47,147 nucleotides of DNA, taken from contig JARFOE010000072.1 in the NCBI GenBank assembly GCA_031763465.1, positions 1,071,299 through 1,118,445 on the forward strand, read 5' to 3'. The stretch comes from Squatina squatina. Taxonomy: Eukaryota. Made by a program: the position numbers and the translations under genes. Of the stretch, positions 24,174 through 37,418 are shown in pieces (the first letter of the stretch is position 1; every line of letters starts with the position of its first letter). Below the pieces are notes generated by a model. That model had not been told where the DNA came from. It was given only the letters and a program-made list of their open reading frames with translations, and ran no database searches.

Positions 24174-27100
24174 AATGTTGCAGTGCTAGTTCAGATGTGT
24201 ACTCATAGTTTATGATACCGAGGTGATTTGGTGCTTCAGCACTTTAAGTGGGGAGTGACTTTCAAGGGAAGTGAGCAAGCTCATGGTTTTCTGTCCATTG
24301 AAATGAATAGACGGAAAATCACGACGGTGAAATTTCCCGAGATGCGTTCCCTGCGAGTATCAATCCCCACTGGGAGCCGGATCACAGAATCACCTCTAGC
24401 ATCTCAATGCCTCCATTTTTTTCAAATTACAGCTACGACTTTGGGTGGAAATGCCCCATATCCACAGAGATTTATATATTGNNNNNNNNNNNNNNNNNNN
24501 NNNNNNNNNNNNNNNNNNNNNNNNNNNNNNNNNNNNNNNNNNNNNNNNNNNNNNNNNNNNNNNNNNNNNNNNNNNNNNNNNGATGCTGACCGTTTAAATG
24601 GCTCCTGCAGTGATTTTGCCCAAAACAAACTTCCCTTTCTCTCCTTCCTCAGAAGAAAATTATTATTATTAGATGGCATCTGCATGGGCAACACATAGCG
24701 TTCACACTGGTTGGAAAAACAATATTAAAAACAAACCGCATAAAATGATGCCCCAAAGCAAAGCACATTTTTTTGTTAGTGTTAAAGCAGAGTAACACGG
24801 CCGCACAAACACCTTAAATCTGGCCCGTTTTGTGCTAATTGAACCCTGAAATTAATTATTCATGATCAACGAGATCAATTAAAGAATCTACAGGATTCAT
24901 TTTGCTCGTCAACAGACAGATGGTGGCATCAGGTATCACCATAGCAACAACAGCTATGAGCAACTAATACTTTAAAAAGAGGCAGTGACACATTTGTACA
25001 CCAAGCAGTGTACGTGCAAATTGGTCTCATGTGGATGGGAGCCATTTTATCACAATGATTAATGCTTCTAGCAAGGCACCAGGATCCATGATTAGAGCTG
25101 GAAGCAAATTCCCAACAAGAAGTATGTTGTGCCCTCATTGTAACACAGTTCTCAGGAAGGCAAGTATTTTATAATGAGAAGTGCACAACAATGCATGCCC
25201 AATAATCAGGAATAAAACAGAACCTCAAAAAACTCAGGATTGAAGGTCTCAGAAAGGGAATAGCTGAGAGTCTTATAATGTGTATTCCCAATGTCTCACA
25301 GCACATTGACTGTTGAAAATCTATGGTGACCCAAAGCATGTCTGTGACTAGAATATGGGAAGCCATTTGCTTTTGTTCAATTTATTCTCCTCTGCACTAG
25401 TTTTACTAAAGATCAGAAAGTATTTTGTACAATTAGACAATGTTAAAAGAACTAAACTGGATATTTGTACGGAGTAGCTGGAAGATGCTGCCTCAAACAA
25501 CATTTTAACCATCAGTGGGAGCTCCAGTTTAGCTACTGTCCTTCACTGGGTAATGATTCTCCTCTTTTTCCCCTGGAGACAATTCCTAGGAGACAATTTT
25601 GGGATAAACATTAGAAACCATGAACCCCAGCTGCTGATCAGTAGTAAACACTGAGGAGTAAACAAAGAATAAAACATACACTGAGGCGCATATCAAAAGA
25701 AGCCTGATATCACAGCGCGTTAGAGACCGTACTGTTGTATAAACACTAGCATACAGAAAATGGTTACACCCTGTCTCCATCACATGGCCGCAACAGCAGA
25801 CTACACTGGCAGCAGTAGTCATCACTAACAAAAGTAGCAAAGCTTGGTGGTTCAAATGGGAAAATAGAAGGTTGAATATCTCATATTTGTTTGCTGTTTT
25901 GAATTGTGTCTTACAAAGCTTCCATCTCAAGTTCTCTGGCATCACTTGTATCCTTTGACTCTGTTACATCCTTGTAATGCACTCCCGGGGGCATATTACT
26001 GTGTATATTCAATGGGCCATTGTTTCTAATTGAAAAAAATTATCCTGCAACAATGAATGCACAATATAAGATCTTTCACTGGGGGAATCAAATGTAGCTG
26101 TTTTTTTGTATTTTGTTTCAATTTTGTATTCTTTCACCAGCAACAATTTTTAATCTTTGTCGTCAGTAATCTGTTGAGACAAAGAAGCGACTGAAGCAGC
26201 GGCAATAAATGAAGAGCTAACTGAATTCTTAAAGGTTTCTGTCCTTGCACAGAATCCATTTTAGCATAGACGGTTACCAAATAGCAAGATGGTGCTTTTC
26301 TCTGCATTCGAAAATCCCTTATAAAGAACCAGTATGGTCTGCTGCATAATTCATGACTCAGAAAAAAAAACACTGGCCGCAACCGCACATTCTGCGTTTT
26401 TTTTTTATTAATGCTACGTGTCTGCTATGTAGACTTTCGCGAGCATGCTCAGTAACAGGAGCAGCAGCTCCTCGATCTTTAATCAAGTACTGCTCCTTCA
26501 ATATAAAATACAGCAATCTGTCATTAATTACTCTTCAGGCAGCTGCTGGAAATGGACTTTCAGTGCAATGAAATGTTTACTTTTGATGTGCTGCAGGAGC
26601 TGGGGAATTAGCAGCACAATATTGTGCTCCACACAAACACTTANNNNNNNNNNNNNNNNNNNNNNNNNNNNNNNNNNNNNNNNNNNNNNNNNNNNNNNNN
26701 NNNNNNNNNNNNNNNNNNNNNNNNNNNNNNNNNNNNNNNNNNNCGGTGTTGATGTCTTGAGGGGGAAGGAGCAGTCCCAAAGGAGCAGAGGTGGGTGTGG
26801 GGGTAGGGGGGGGGGGGGTCCCACAGTAAGGATTTTTGCATTTAGAGCAGGTTCAGTTTAAAAAGGTTTTGGCACCTGTCAAAGGATGTTATTAAAATGT
26901 GTTCGCCTCACTGCCTTTGACCTCAGCAGAAATGAATCCATCATAGTGTAGGGAACATCTCTTATTTAATCATTTAATTTTAGCATATTGCGTGTGTATG
27001 GCAGTTAAAAATGAAAATATAATAGCTCATCTAAATATTCCCAGATGGCACTGGGCCCTGTGGTAATCAGTTCCTAATACACAAAATTATAAAGGCAAAT

Positions 27101-27527
27101 TTTAAAAAAAAATTGAATTTTACCCTTTCGCTATTCAGTAATAGAATCCCTACTCCAGCTGTGACAGTAAATAATATATCGGCCGGGGGCTCGCCCATGA
27201 TGGCCCGTCATACCTTTTTCGGAGCCTGAGGTGCGGAGGCCAACAGGAGTGCTCCAGGGATGGCGCAGGCCCGGAGCCTTTGCCAACTGCATCTAGCGCC
27301 TCTCGCACGGGCGAGAAGTACAATCCGAACTCGCACGAACAGGCAATATGTAAAGACCATTGATTTGATACTGGTGAATTGTTCACCTTTCGCACAATTG
27401 CAACAGATGTATTCAGCTTAGGAAACCNNNNNNNNNNNNNNNNNNNNNNNNNNNNNNNNNNNNNNNNNNNNNNNNNNNNNNNNNNNNNNNNNNNNNNNNN
27501 NNNNNNNNNNNNNNNNNNNNNNNNNNN

Positions 27528-27584
27528 TCGAAGGGCCAAATGGCCTACTCCTGCAACTATTTTCTATGTTTCTATGTTTCTATG
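27528..27584 (+). mobile_element. CR1 LINE 3' tail
   Basis: gggccaaatggcctactcctgc followed by (tttctatg)3. Confidence 0.75.
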
Positions 27585-28680
27585 ACATCAGTCTGCATGA
27601 GTGACTACTGTATGCCATGTGGCTGTATGAGATGTAATCCTGTCAGCAGGTTGCTGCAATGTCCCCCAATCTCCGTCTCCCGCTTCCAGCTGCTCGGCCA
27701 CTCCCAATGCTTCCAACGCAGCCTCCTCTGCTGTTGTGAGGGTGGCAAATGATGGAGGCCCACGTCCAGTTCTCTCCCTCTCCCTCTTATTGTGGACTCT
27801 CTTTTCCTGCAAGGAGGGAATGAAGAGAAGCTTGAGTGAGAGTGGTGGAATGAGTGTAAGGAATGGATGGGTTACATCTTTAGAGGTAGACTAAGATGGA
27901 TTGGGTGGCAATGCCAAGTGGCCTACTTGCATGTTGTTAGTTGGTATGATTGCATTAGGATCAGGGTGAGTGTGAGGGACGGCTAGTGAAATTAGGATGT
28001 GATAATGTAGATAGAGATAGAGGGATGAGTGGACGTGCAAGGTATGGTGGTGTGAGTAAGGATGTGCAGTGGTAGTGTAGGGAAGGCAGACTGATAGGGA
28101 TGTGATGAGAGGCACAGCAGGATGAGGTTCAGTGTGGCTTTGTACTCACCTTTCCTGATCTAATGAGATCATTGAAACATTTCTGGCACTGCACCCAGGC
28201 ATTTCTGAACATATCCCTGCTGTTGACCTCGACAATTTGGAGCCAGGCTCTTTTTGGCTCCTGGAGAGGTCTCTTCTGCCCACGTGAAGGGAAGAGGACC
28301 TCCCTGTGTGCACTGACTCCCTCCACAAGCCTAAGGAGGGAGTCATCGGAGCACCTGGGTGCAGCCCTCTGTCTCTGTGCAGTCATGTCTCCAAGTGTTT
28401 GGAGCAATCAAAGCTGCCAATGTAGTGACTGCACACTCCTAGATGAACCCTTAAATGCAATCTGGCCATAGCTCCTTTAAATATCCTGGTTGAAAATGCA
28501 TCATCGATGATGTCATCAGACCGGCACCATTTAATAGGGCCGGGTAACACGCAGAGTGGGCTTAATAGGTCCCCTTAGCACAAAGTTCATTTCAGGAGTG
28601 GGATAGAAGCAACAATGGGGTTGCGACCCACCGTGCCAACTGTCTGCACCCGACCCACCCAGGTAAAGAAAATTCTGGCC
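27585..28680 (-). mobile_element. PIF/Harbinger transposon fragment with a spliced Myb/SANT-like ORF
   Basis: Exon 28386-28150 (AAPRCSDDSLLRLVEGV...AWLQI...QCQKCFNDL), GT..AG intron, exon from 27806 (EKRVHNKRERERTGRGPP); TIR-like ggccagaattttc at 28680. Confidence 0.82.
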
Positions 28681-29656
28681 AAAGTGTATACATCTCCTTC
28701 CCAAATGATGCACAATCCTCATTAAAATCATAAATGGGCACAAATATCAGTGTTACCTTTTATGCTGTGTCTCCGGAATATCACATTTATAAAACTATGC
28801 ATGCGTGTACGTATACATGTGAGTGTGTGTATTCTGGGGAATGTTTTTAAAACTGTTTAAGAGGTTCCAGCCTCTGGACTGAATTTTTGCCAGTTCATTT
28901 CTACTTATTTCTCTTTAAAACGCACTGTATTAAGAATTTAATGGCAGCAGGCCCCATCTTTTTGTGCAAGCCTTTTAGAATTCCTGATGCTGTTTCACAC
29001 TAAGCTGGCAGTGATAATACTCTGGAAGAATTTGGATTTTCAAGAGATTAATGATGAAAGGATTTATGTGCAGTACGATTTATAGGCTATCTATATCACC
29101 GTGCTGAATTAAATCAGGGAGCTCTAATTTATTATAGATCTATAGTCATCGTATTTATCTTCTTGTCACATTACTGATGCTAATTTGTCAGTACAACATG
29201 ATGTTTTGATTGACACTGGTCCCTGGTGCAAAGCTGTTAGCCAGTGGAATGAAATTCAGAAGATTAAAGGCTGCAGTATGCAGAAGCTCCTGTCTGGTCG
29301 CCTCATGATTTACACTAAGCTTGGCTCGTCAAGCAACTTTATTTTTGTTAAAGGGCAGTGTGTAATTTTCCTCAGCATATTTACCTCATTTTAAGTGAGA
29401 ATTTTTTTTAAAAAATGCTTTAGTAGAGCAATGGCCTGCAGCTCTAGTAGTGCAGTAATGGATTCCTGCTCAGAGGGCTTGAGTTCAAATTCAGCTGCCA
29501 TCTATGGCTCAATTAAGCTGCTACATGGCAGGGTCACTAGATTGGTTGATTTGCAGNNNNNNNNNNNNNNNNNNNNNNNNNNNNNNNNNNNNNNNNNNNN
29601 NNNNNNNNNNNNNNNNNNNNNNNNNNNNNNNNNNNNNNNNNNNNNNNNNNNNNNNN

Positions 29657-29795
29657 TTGCCTGTCAGTGCTTTAAAACTTGCTGTATTTCTGGCTTTTGT
29701 CAGTCCTTACGAAGGGTCATCGACCCGAAACTCTGTTTTTCTCTCCACAGATGCTGCCTGACCTGCAGAGTTTTTCCAGCATTTTTTGTCTGTAT
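29657..29795 (+). mobile_element. Penelope-like terminal repeat with decayed hammerhead
   Basis: cagtccttacgaagggtcatcgacccgaaac...cacagatgctgcctgacctgc. Confidence 0.7.
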
Positions 29796-29799
29796 ATAG

Positions 29800-30040
29800 G
29801 AGATATTAGGACAGGTGACCCACAGCTTGGTCAAAGAGTTTGGTTTTAAGGAATGTCTGAAAGGAGGTAGAGAGAGGTAGGAGGCTGAGGGATTTCGGGA
29901 GGGAATTTCAGAGTGGAGGGCCTTGGCAGTTGAATGCATGGCCAAAAAATGATGGGGTGAAGGAAATTGGGTATGCACCAGAGGTCAGAATTAGAGGAAC
30001 GCAGAGTTCTCACAGGGTGGTGGGTCTGGAGGAGGTGCAC
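29800..30040 (-). mobile_element. L2 LINE 3' fragment
   Basis: RTLRSSNSDL...FRHSLKP; gagatattaggacaggtgacc shared with the 15.9 kb copy. Confidence 0.7.
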
Positions 30041-32164
30041 GATTGTGAGACCGGGGACTGAGCTAGCCATGGCTCTCCTGCTTCATTGAGTCCAAGTGAG
30101 ACAGAGTTAGAATGAGAGCTGGAATCCCAGTTCCAACCACTCAGCAGCTGTGGTCTGCAGCCACTGCTCAGCCCAGCCAAGGAGGAAGAAAACAATTTTG
30201 TGCATCATTGCAGGGAGGGAGGCCTCTTAAAAAAAGGCAACAGACGATCTCCTGTTTCTTTAAATCTGCTTCTGATCTGTGCCCCCTATTACAGAGGGAA
30301 AATTACAAATAATTTTTCATGATTCATAGAGAGTGCAGTTGGCATTTGAGATGAAAAAAATATCTGCATGAAGCAATAAAATTGTAATTACTACATGAAT
30401 TATTTAAAAAAAACGTCATGCTGTGGTTGCTGGCAACAAATATGAAACAGACAATTTTCATGCCAAACTCTGGATAATCTGGCAGACACAAATGGAGAAT
30501 ACCTTGCACTGCCTGTATACGAACCGCAAGGCTCCTGGGAGGGTGTACCAACTATGAAAACTGGCAGTTTTTAATCAAATGTTGGCTTAATGATCTGTGG
30601 ACGGCTCCTCCTGGATTTCAGTACCTCCCCCAATGGNNNNNNNNNNNNNNNNNNNNNNNNNNNNNNNNNNNNNNNNNNNNNNNNNNNNNNNNNNNNNNNN
30701 NNNNNNNNNNNNNNNNNNNNNNNNNNNNNNNNNNNNCACTTGTCTGTATTTTTTTTATGTTGGCAAGCCAATCTAGGCTGGAACCTTTATATCTCAAATG
30801 ACATCCCAACTTTCCTTGTAGGTATTACCTGAATTCTGTGGCTTATCACATTAATAATATTTTGAATATATCGCTGGCATAGTCATTTAATGGAAGGTGT
30901 GTGGATGGGGCGGGGGATATCAAGATATTCTTGTCTTTCCAACTGTACAAATTAAAATTAGAATTCACGTGAGAAGTAAAAACAAGAGCTGAAAATGAAT
31001 CCGAAAAGCTCTCAACATATAAAAGTCCAAATCAATAATTCATTATGATGTATGTCCTTTTGCTTTGCTATCAATCTCAGATGAAAGCGATGACTTTGCT
31101 CCAGTCCCCCAGGAGGGCAGAGACATTTCAGCATTGGTAGTACAAAGACTCAATAGTGTGACTATGAATTTCAAATAGTATTGGGCCACATTTACAGAAG
31201 GAGCTTGCTTTGCTTTGTAATTTGATAGCGTTGGATGATACTGATTCATTTCTGAAATCAATATGACAGGCACACAAAAGCCAAGAATTTCCTCAGAGCC
31301 ATTGTTACCACTCCGGAAGAGCGACAGAAAGACCATCCACAATAACAACAACTTGCANNNNNNNNNNNNNNNNNNNNNNNNNNNNNNNNNNNNNNNNNNN
31401 NNNNNNNNNNNNNNNNNNNNNNNNNNNNNNNNNNNNNNNNNNNNNNNNNNNNNNNNNCTTCTAAAAGCATATCCAATACGTGCTGTCCTTCTCTGCTAAT
31501 GAAAAGATTTCAGTGTAATCTAGTTCTTTTAAGCAATGTGACCTTGAGCTAAAAAGCTCATTGTTGAATGAATTATGAGTTGTCCTGAGTAGCTTTGGAA
31601 TAGCATGAACATATGTCAATCTATTCGGATTCACAAATGTTTTATTGTACTCTGTCTTGTATGCCCGACACCTTGACTGTACCAAGTCTTCTTCGTTATG
31701 AAAGCCCAATAAAGCTGCACCTCCACAACTGCATGGCATGCACTACAATGAAGAACCTTCACTTTTCACAGATTTTCAGTCTCATGGCGAATAAAAGATT
31801 GTGAAACATAATTAAACTGATTTTGTATTTGCCGTGTAGGCGTCAAGCATCTGCTGCACAGATAGTATCACCAAAAGTCGGCTAAGGGCTTGCATCGAAA
31901 ATGAAACAACTTTAACAACTATTTTAGCAAATAATGTTCTGGTAGGGGTGAAATATTTAAATGTTGAGAAATTTGGCACTGCTAGGCTCATAACAGATAT
32001 ATTATATTTAATGAATTTTAATGATAGGAATTTTAAAATGCTCTATTTTCATGAAAAATTTAACNNNNNNNNNNNNNNNNNNNNNNNNNNNNNNNNNNNN
32101 NNNNNNNNNNNNNNNNNNNNNNNNNNNNNNNNNNNNNNNNNNNNNNNNNNNNNNNNNNNNNNNN

Positions 32165-32265
32165 AGTGCATCAAACAACAGTGCCTGCCACCCTTGTCAG
32201 CAGGTTTAATGATAATGTTGGGGTTGGACCTGATAGAACAGAGTGCTGCAAGTTGTGATAGGTGC
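32165..32265 (-). mobile_element. Penelope-like RT fragment
   Basis: QLAALCSIRSNPNIIIKPADKG, the DKG motif of Penelope RTs. Confidence 0.8.
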
Positions 32266-34873
32266 AAGAGATACCCAAAGCCATGGAGTAAAAATTCAGA
32301 GGAAAGAAATGTCTTTTATGTGGGAAATCACCACAAAAACAACTGATGCATCTCGTAAACCTCAAAATCAGGCATATTGTCAGAAAAAATACTATAGCGA
32401 ATTGACCAATGATTCATTCCTGCCAATATGATCCATTTTTTTTAGAAATGATGTTTCCTTTTCAATAGCAGTTTATGGCATAAACATTCTAACATCTTTC
32501 AAAACTATTAGTCAAAACTCTCGTGACAAGCTTAAACTCTCAATATAGGTGATCCTTTCTGCTAGTTTGTGACGTGCAGGTAAGTGCAAATGTATATATT
32601 TAAACACTTGCTTTAAGAACATAACTTTTGTATAAAAGTATAGGCAGAGCTTTTTATTAACACTTCTTGCAGCAACAAAAGTGACACAGTCCACATCTTT
32701 CCAAAGTACACAGCAACGGCATGACCACATTTCACATCACTTTGAGGCACAAAGCAAGGGCAATACCTTCAGGTCAAGTAGGTTTCCCCCATTAGTAATA
32801 GAAGCCATTCCCGACTTGTACACTGGGACAACAGACACTAAAACAGCCTCCATCCACTAGTACGGTATAGCCAACAAATAGAAACAACCCCCTCCCCTAC
32901 ACCACCTGGAATGCACAGTATAGCAGCAAATGGTTGACACATCTTGGGAACTGTACCAATATTCAGTAGGACTGTGATCATCTGTGGAGCATCATTTTAG
33001 TCTCGAGTGTGGCTTGTCTCAAACCAACATGAGATGCTGCTGAATCCAGCATAATTGTTACCTACAACCAAAAGCTATATCAAACTACATTAGTGGAGCA
33101 CATATAAGAGTACAAGATAATGCAGTTTATTATGTGGATTTATTGCTTTGTACATAAATGCTGCAGTCCTTGGTGAATCCAATAATGTGGAGGGGAAATG
33201 GTTTTTAGCCGATAAGGACATTGAGTGATGCTGTTCCTAAACCTGATGAGGCATGCCACCTTCGGTTATTGATGAGGATTGACACTCCAACCGTCTTCTT
33301 TTTTTCAGTCAAGTGTTTTGATGCAAATCCTATATCTAGGGTTAAGTTAAATTTCTCTAAGATTTTTACGGTAAGTTAAAAATTTGCAAAGCATTAACTG
33401 CTTTGTAGTTGATAAATAACCTCTTACTCTGGAGTGCTAACAGTATTCAAATGCACATAACTCTTAAATATGTGACTTTGTTCATTATAAAAGCTATTTA
33501 CTTAACTACAATATCAGTAGTTCATGTTAAATTATTAATTAGTATCTTTCTTGCATACTTTTGTTCATAGTAATGGCGAGACTTGTAAAATATAAACCAT
33601 TTGGTTTAGTGGAAAATCGAAGGCAATCTTACTACACAGCCAAGATGGGCATGATAATGCGTGCATTTTGGCTATTTAGGTTTTAAAATTGTTCTGTTTA
33701 GTGACACCCGTTTGCACCTCCTGGGGGCGCTAACGAGGCGCAGATTGGTTTTCGCCCAAGGTGGCGGGGGGGGTGGGGAAGCGCTACCGGCTCCCGCAAG
33801 ATTGCACGGGAGTTAGCGGAGAAGCTGCCCCGGCAGTGCCCTGGCTGCTGTGCAACCAGNNNNNNNNNNNNNNNNNNNNNNNNNNNNNNNNNNNNNNNNN
33901 NNNNNNNNNNNNNNNNNNNNNNNNNNNNNNNNNNNNNNNNNNNNNNNNNNNNNNNNNNNGCATGAGATTGTGCTCCACTTCCTCTGAGGTGCAGTAACCA
34001 CAATTTCAAGGCAGAGGTGGGACTCCTGGGTGCAGGAAGTCCTGCTCCGAGTTGGTTACCGCCCCAATCAGGTCGCTGGGGAATTTCTCCCCCCAAGTGT
34101 ATAAAATGTCCAGCCAGGATGTAAATGTATTGAATCAGTGGGATTTTACAGATAAAAGTATTAATTTAAGAAAAATGCATATTTTGGGTAGTACACAGAA
34201 CATAGGGTTTGAATTTCCTGATCACTTATCGGAGATCTTCATGTCCCAAGTATCTGAATATCTATATAATATACATTAAACCTTGGCTCAGATCCACTGA
34301 AACTATTTAAAATTTACCTTAAATATCTGAAACTCAACATAACAATTCATAACCTAAACATCCTTTCAAGCACTTAAGTTGCAATTTATCTTTCAACTTA
34401 ATGAGGAATCAGTTAACTGTCAGAAGCTTCTCCTTCTGAATGGCTAACCAATCAGACATTTTGTTTCCTGCTAAATTTCCTGGCACTTTACCGGTCAACC
34501 AGCAGGCACCTCCACCCACACACCCGCTCCCCCCTCCAAAAAAAAAAGCCCAAGTCCTTCTAAAATGGTAAAGCCTGGATTGAGATGATGCACATCACCA
34601 TTTTGTACAGATTGCACTCAAATGCTGCTTTTTTAAAATTTGTACACTGTTACAAATTGTCATTCTTATGTGTGGACATTCACACCACAGATTTCTGTGC
34701 AAACAACCACAATGAATCTTGGACACAAACACTACAAAATATCGAATAGACTTTTTTTTTCTCTTTCTCNNNNNNNNNNNNNNNNNNNNNNNNNNNNNNN
34801 NNNNNNNNNNNNNNNNNNNNNNNNNNNNNNNNNNNNNNNNNNNNNNNNNNNNNNNNNNNNNNNNNNNNNTTAC

Positions 34874-35023
34874 CTTGCTGATTTCAAATCCAAACACTTC
34901 TTCAAAGTAGGCAGGTTGGCTAATCAGCAGCAAGTAGAAAGTCCAGCTTCTACAGAAGTTTGCCACAATTATTGCATAGACTGGCATAGAGGTAAAGAAC
35001 TTTCTCCATGGTGTATTGTATTT
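34874..35023 (-). CDS. SLC17A6: VGLUT2 exon 8
   Basis: ttaag|[50 protein letters not shown]|gtaa; 150 nt. Confidence 0.96.
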
Positions 35024-35709
35024 CTTAAAAAACAAGTACAAACCTAATCAAATTATAGTCATTGTTAAATTGGGGTGTGTACCAGTCAATTTTATTATAT
35101 CAAGTCTGAAAGTTATATCACAACAATGTTCCGAGTGTGCGGCCGTGCAGCAATCAGGAAGGTACCGCGTAGGCCACTCACAAGCTGTTCCCTCTAAGAC
35201 GCCGCGCATGGAGAACATTGACCAGAACCAGAGTCCCACCTCCAAAGCCAGTACCTGCTATGTGTGCTAATAGTCTGCAGATTAAGAGCTTAAGTGCATC
35301 TAACCAATTGATTTTTGTGAAACAAAATGGTGAATATATGTTGGCTAATGGAAGTGTCAAATGATCAACAACCAAATATTTAAGGTTTAGAACGTGACTA
35401 ATTAATTAACATCTGTGCTACTCAACAATGATCATTTTAANNNNNNNNNNNNNNNNNNNNNNNNNNNNNNNNNNNNNNNNNNNNNNNNNNNNNNNNNNNN
35501 NNNNNNNNNNNNNNNNNNNNNNNNNNNNNNNNNNNNNNNNAATGTAATGCTTGTATTGATAATCATATTAATGAAACAGGAAATGCAAAATAAATTACTG
35601 TTTTAATAAAAGAAACAAATGTTCTTTGGTGTATTGCAGCTTATTGGCCGGTATGTATTTAAGGCATGTTGGTCAGTAATCACCCGCTTCACTGGAATAC
35701 AGAACCTAC

Positions 35710-35796
35710 CATACACATAAAACACGGAGGGCCATCCGGTATATTGCACTAGAATCCCCGCTAAAGGCATAGCAACTACAGCTCCAGCATAGGAAC
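35710..35796 (-). CDS. SLC17A6: VGLUT2 exon 6
   Basis: gcag|(G)[28 protein letters not shown]|gtaggt; 87 nt. Confidence 0.96.
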
Positions 35797-35913
35797 CTGC
35801 AAGAAGATCGGTATCAAATCAACACGCAAGTAAGATCCCATTCAAAGGTGGCACTTCAGCAACATTTTATCCATTTAAAAAAAAACTTACAGGAGAAACG
35901 AAATGCTAATTAC

Positions 35914-36001
35914 CACAAAATGAGGTGGTTGCCAGCCTGCTTCTCTCTAATGGTGGAGCCCATTTACTCCATATGCCATGGCAGGCTGGGTACGTGACTC
36001 C
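35914..36001 (-). CDS. SLC17A6: VGLUT2 exon 5
   Basis: gcag|[29 protein letters not shown]|gtaatt; 88 nt. Confidence 0.96.
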
Positions 36002-36404
36002 CTGCAAACATACATCATTTATGTTTTTACACAGAGTGTGAGTGCCAAACCGGTTTGCAATTTGTTATCAGTCATCTAAGTAAAAAATCAACACATTTAC
36101 TCTTTTTAAATTATTGATGCAGACGAAATGGAGAAATCAGAAGTCGAGAATTTTAAGAGGTGTGAATGTATCTTGCAGTACAGTTACTATTGTATTTTTA
36201 CCCAATAACACAACTATATCTCGAGTTTACATTTCCTTTCTTTTTGTAAATAGACCTGTTAGTAATCAGATATCTTCAAGAGCCAATTGAATCGTAATGT
36301 TAATTAAAATATATTCATGCAGTTAAAGCTATTAGTTCCCAATTAGTTCGGAAACATGACAATGTATAATCGGTAATAAAACATCAACAGTTAGAAGAGA
36401 AACT

Positions 36405-36548
36405 TAACAAAAAGATTGAAAATGCTGGAAATCTTAAATGAAAATAGAGAAGGCTGAAAACACACAACAGTTCGGTCAACATCTGCAAAGAGACAAAACA
36501 GGTGGGTTATGATGTTTGGGGAGTGAAGCTTTCATCAGTTTAGACTGG
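36405..36548 (-). mobile_element. Older, diverged Penelope-like terminal repeat
   Basis: aatgctggaaatc...acatctgc...tttcatcag; minus-strand CTGATGA remnant. Confidence 0.5.
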
Positions 36549-37165
36549 CAATGCATANNNNNNNNNNNNNNNNNNNNNNNNNNNNNNNNNNNNNNNNNNN
36601 NNNNNNNNNNNNNNNNNNNNNNNNNNNNNNNNNNNNNNNNNNNNNNNNNNNNNNNNNCTTGAGGAAAAAAAGGAGGGGTGAGGGGGGTCGGGGATGGGGA
36701 GAGGGAAATGCAGGTCAGATTATATTATAATGGAACGGGAAAGAATCTTTCTGACACATGTAGACACACATTTATGCACTCCAAATGTTCGAACGCGTGT
36801 TTTAACCTCAGGGCCGCTGTTATTTAATGATGTGGGATCTGTTCAATTCACCCGTAAGCCGGTGGCAGGGTGGGGGAAGAAGGCAGTGTAGAGAGCAAGG
36901 TTTGTTCTCAGTTGTGCCTGGAGATAATTATTTTGGCATTTACTAAATTTAGTGCTAAGTGGTGGGGTTTTCATCGAAATAAAAGGAACACACAGGGATG
37001 ATGAGACATTCCTCCAATCAATATTTTACTATTTTCAGCCTTGGGAACAATCAGCCAACATTTCTCATACTAAATACAGATTAAAACGGGAGTTGTCATG
37101 CTCTGGGATTTAGCTGAATTCCAAGGAGTGTTTAGAATCCAGGCTAAAGGCGTGCCCTTCCTCAC

Positions 37166-37418
37166 CTTCTTAATAATGGTATTGCCGTGGTGGACGGTGC
37201 TGTTGTTGACCATGTCCACGATGGCCACGCCAAGATTACACCTGATCCCGAAGGAGATACAGAAGCCCAGGCCGCTCATGATGGCGATGATGTACCTGCG
37301 AGGCAGCCCGAAGCAGGTACAGTCGCAGAGCGGCGGTTTCTTCGGCCGAACGTCCTGCACTCTTCCATCCTCGGTCAGCTCGATGTTTTCCCCAGGCTGC
37401 TGCCTCTTCTCCAGGACT
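37166..37418 (-). CDS. SLC17A6: VGLUT2 exon 2
   Basis: gcag|[18 protein letters not shown]...[55 protein letters not shown]|gtgag; 253 nt. Confidence 0.97.

Noticed and set aside
30571-31357. Gap-adjacent minus-strand peptides PLGEVLKSRRSRPQIIKPTFD* and QVVVIVDGLSVALPEW* as terminal exons
   Set aside because: Too short, not recognised, and not the VGLUT2 C-terminus; a blastx would settle it.
33243-33290. CTGATGA followed by small hairpins as another hammerhead or snoRNA
   Set aside because: No GAAA box or stem I partner, and no convincing C/D terminal stem.
35124-35220. Tiny hAT-like MITE (caatgttcc...gagaacattg)
   Set aside because: Short imperfect TIRs and no 8-bp TSD; insufficient support.
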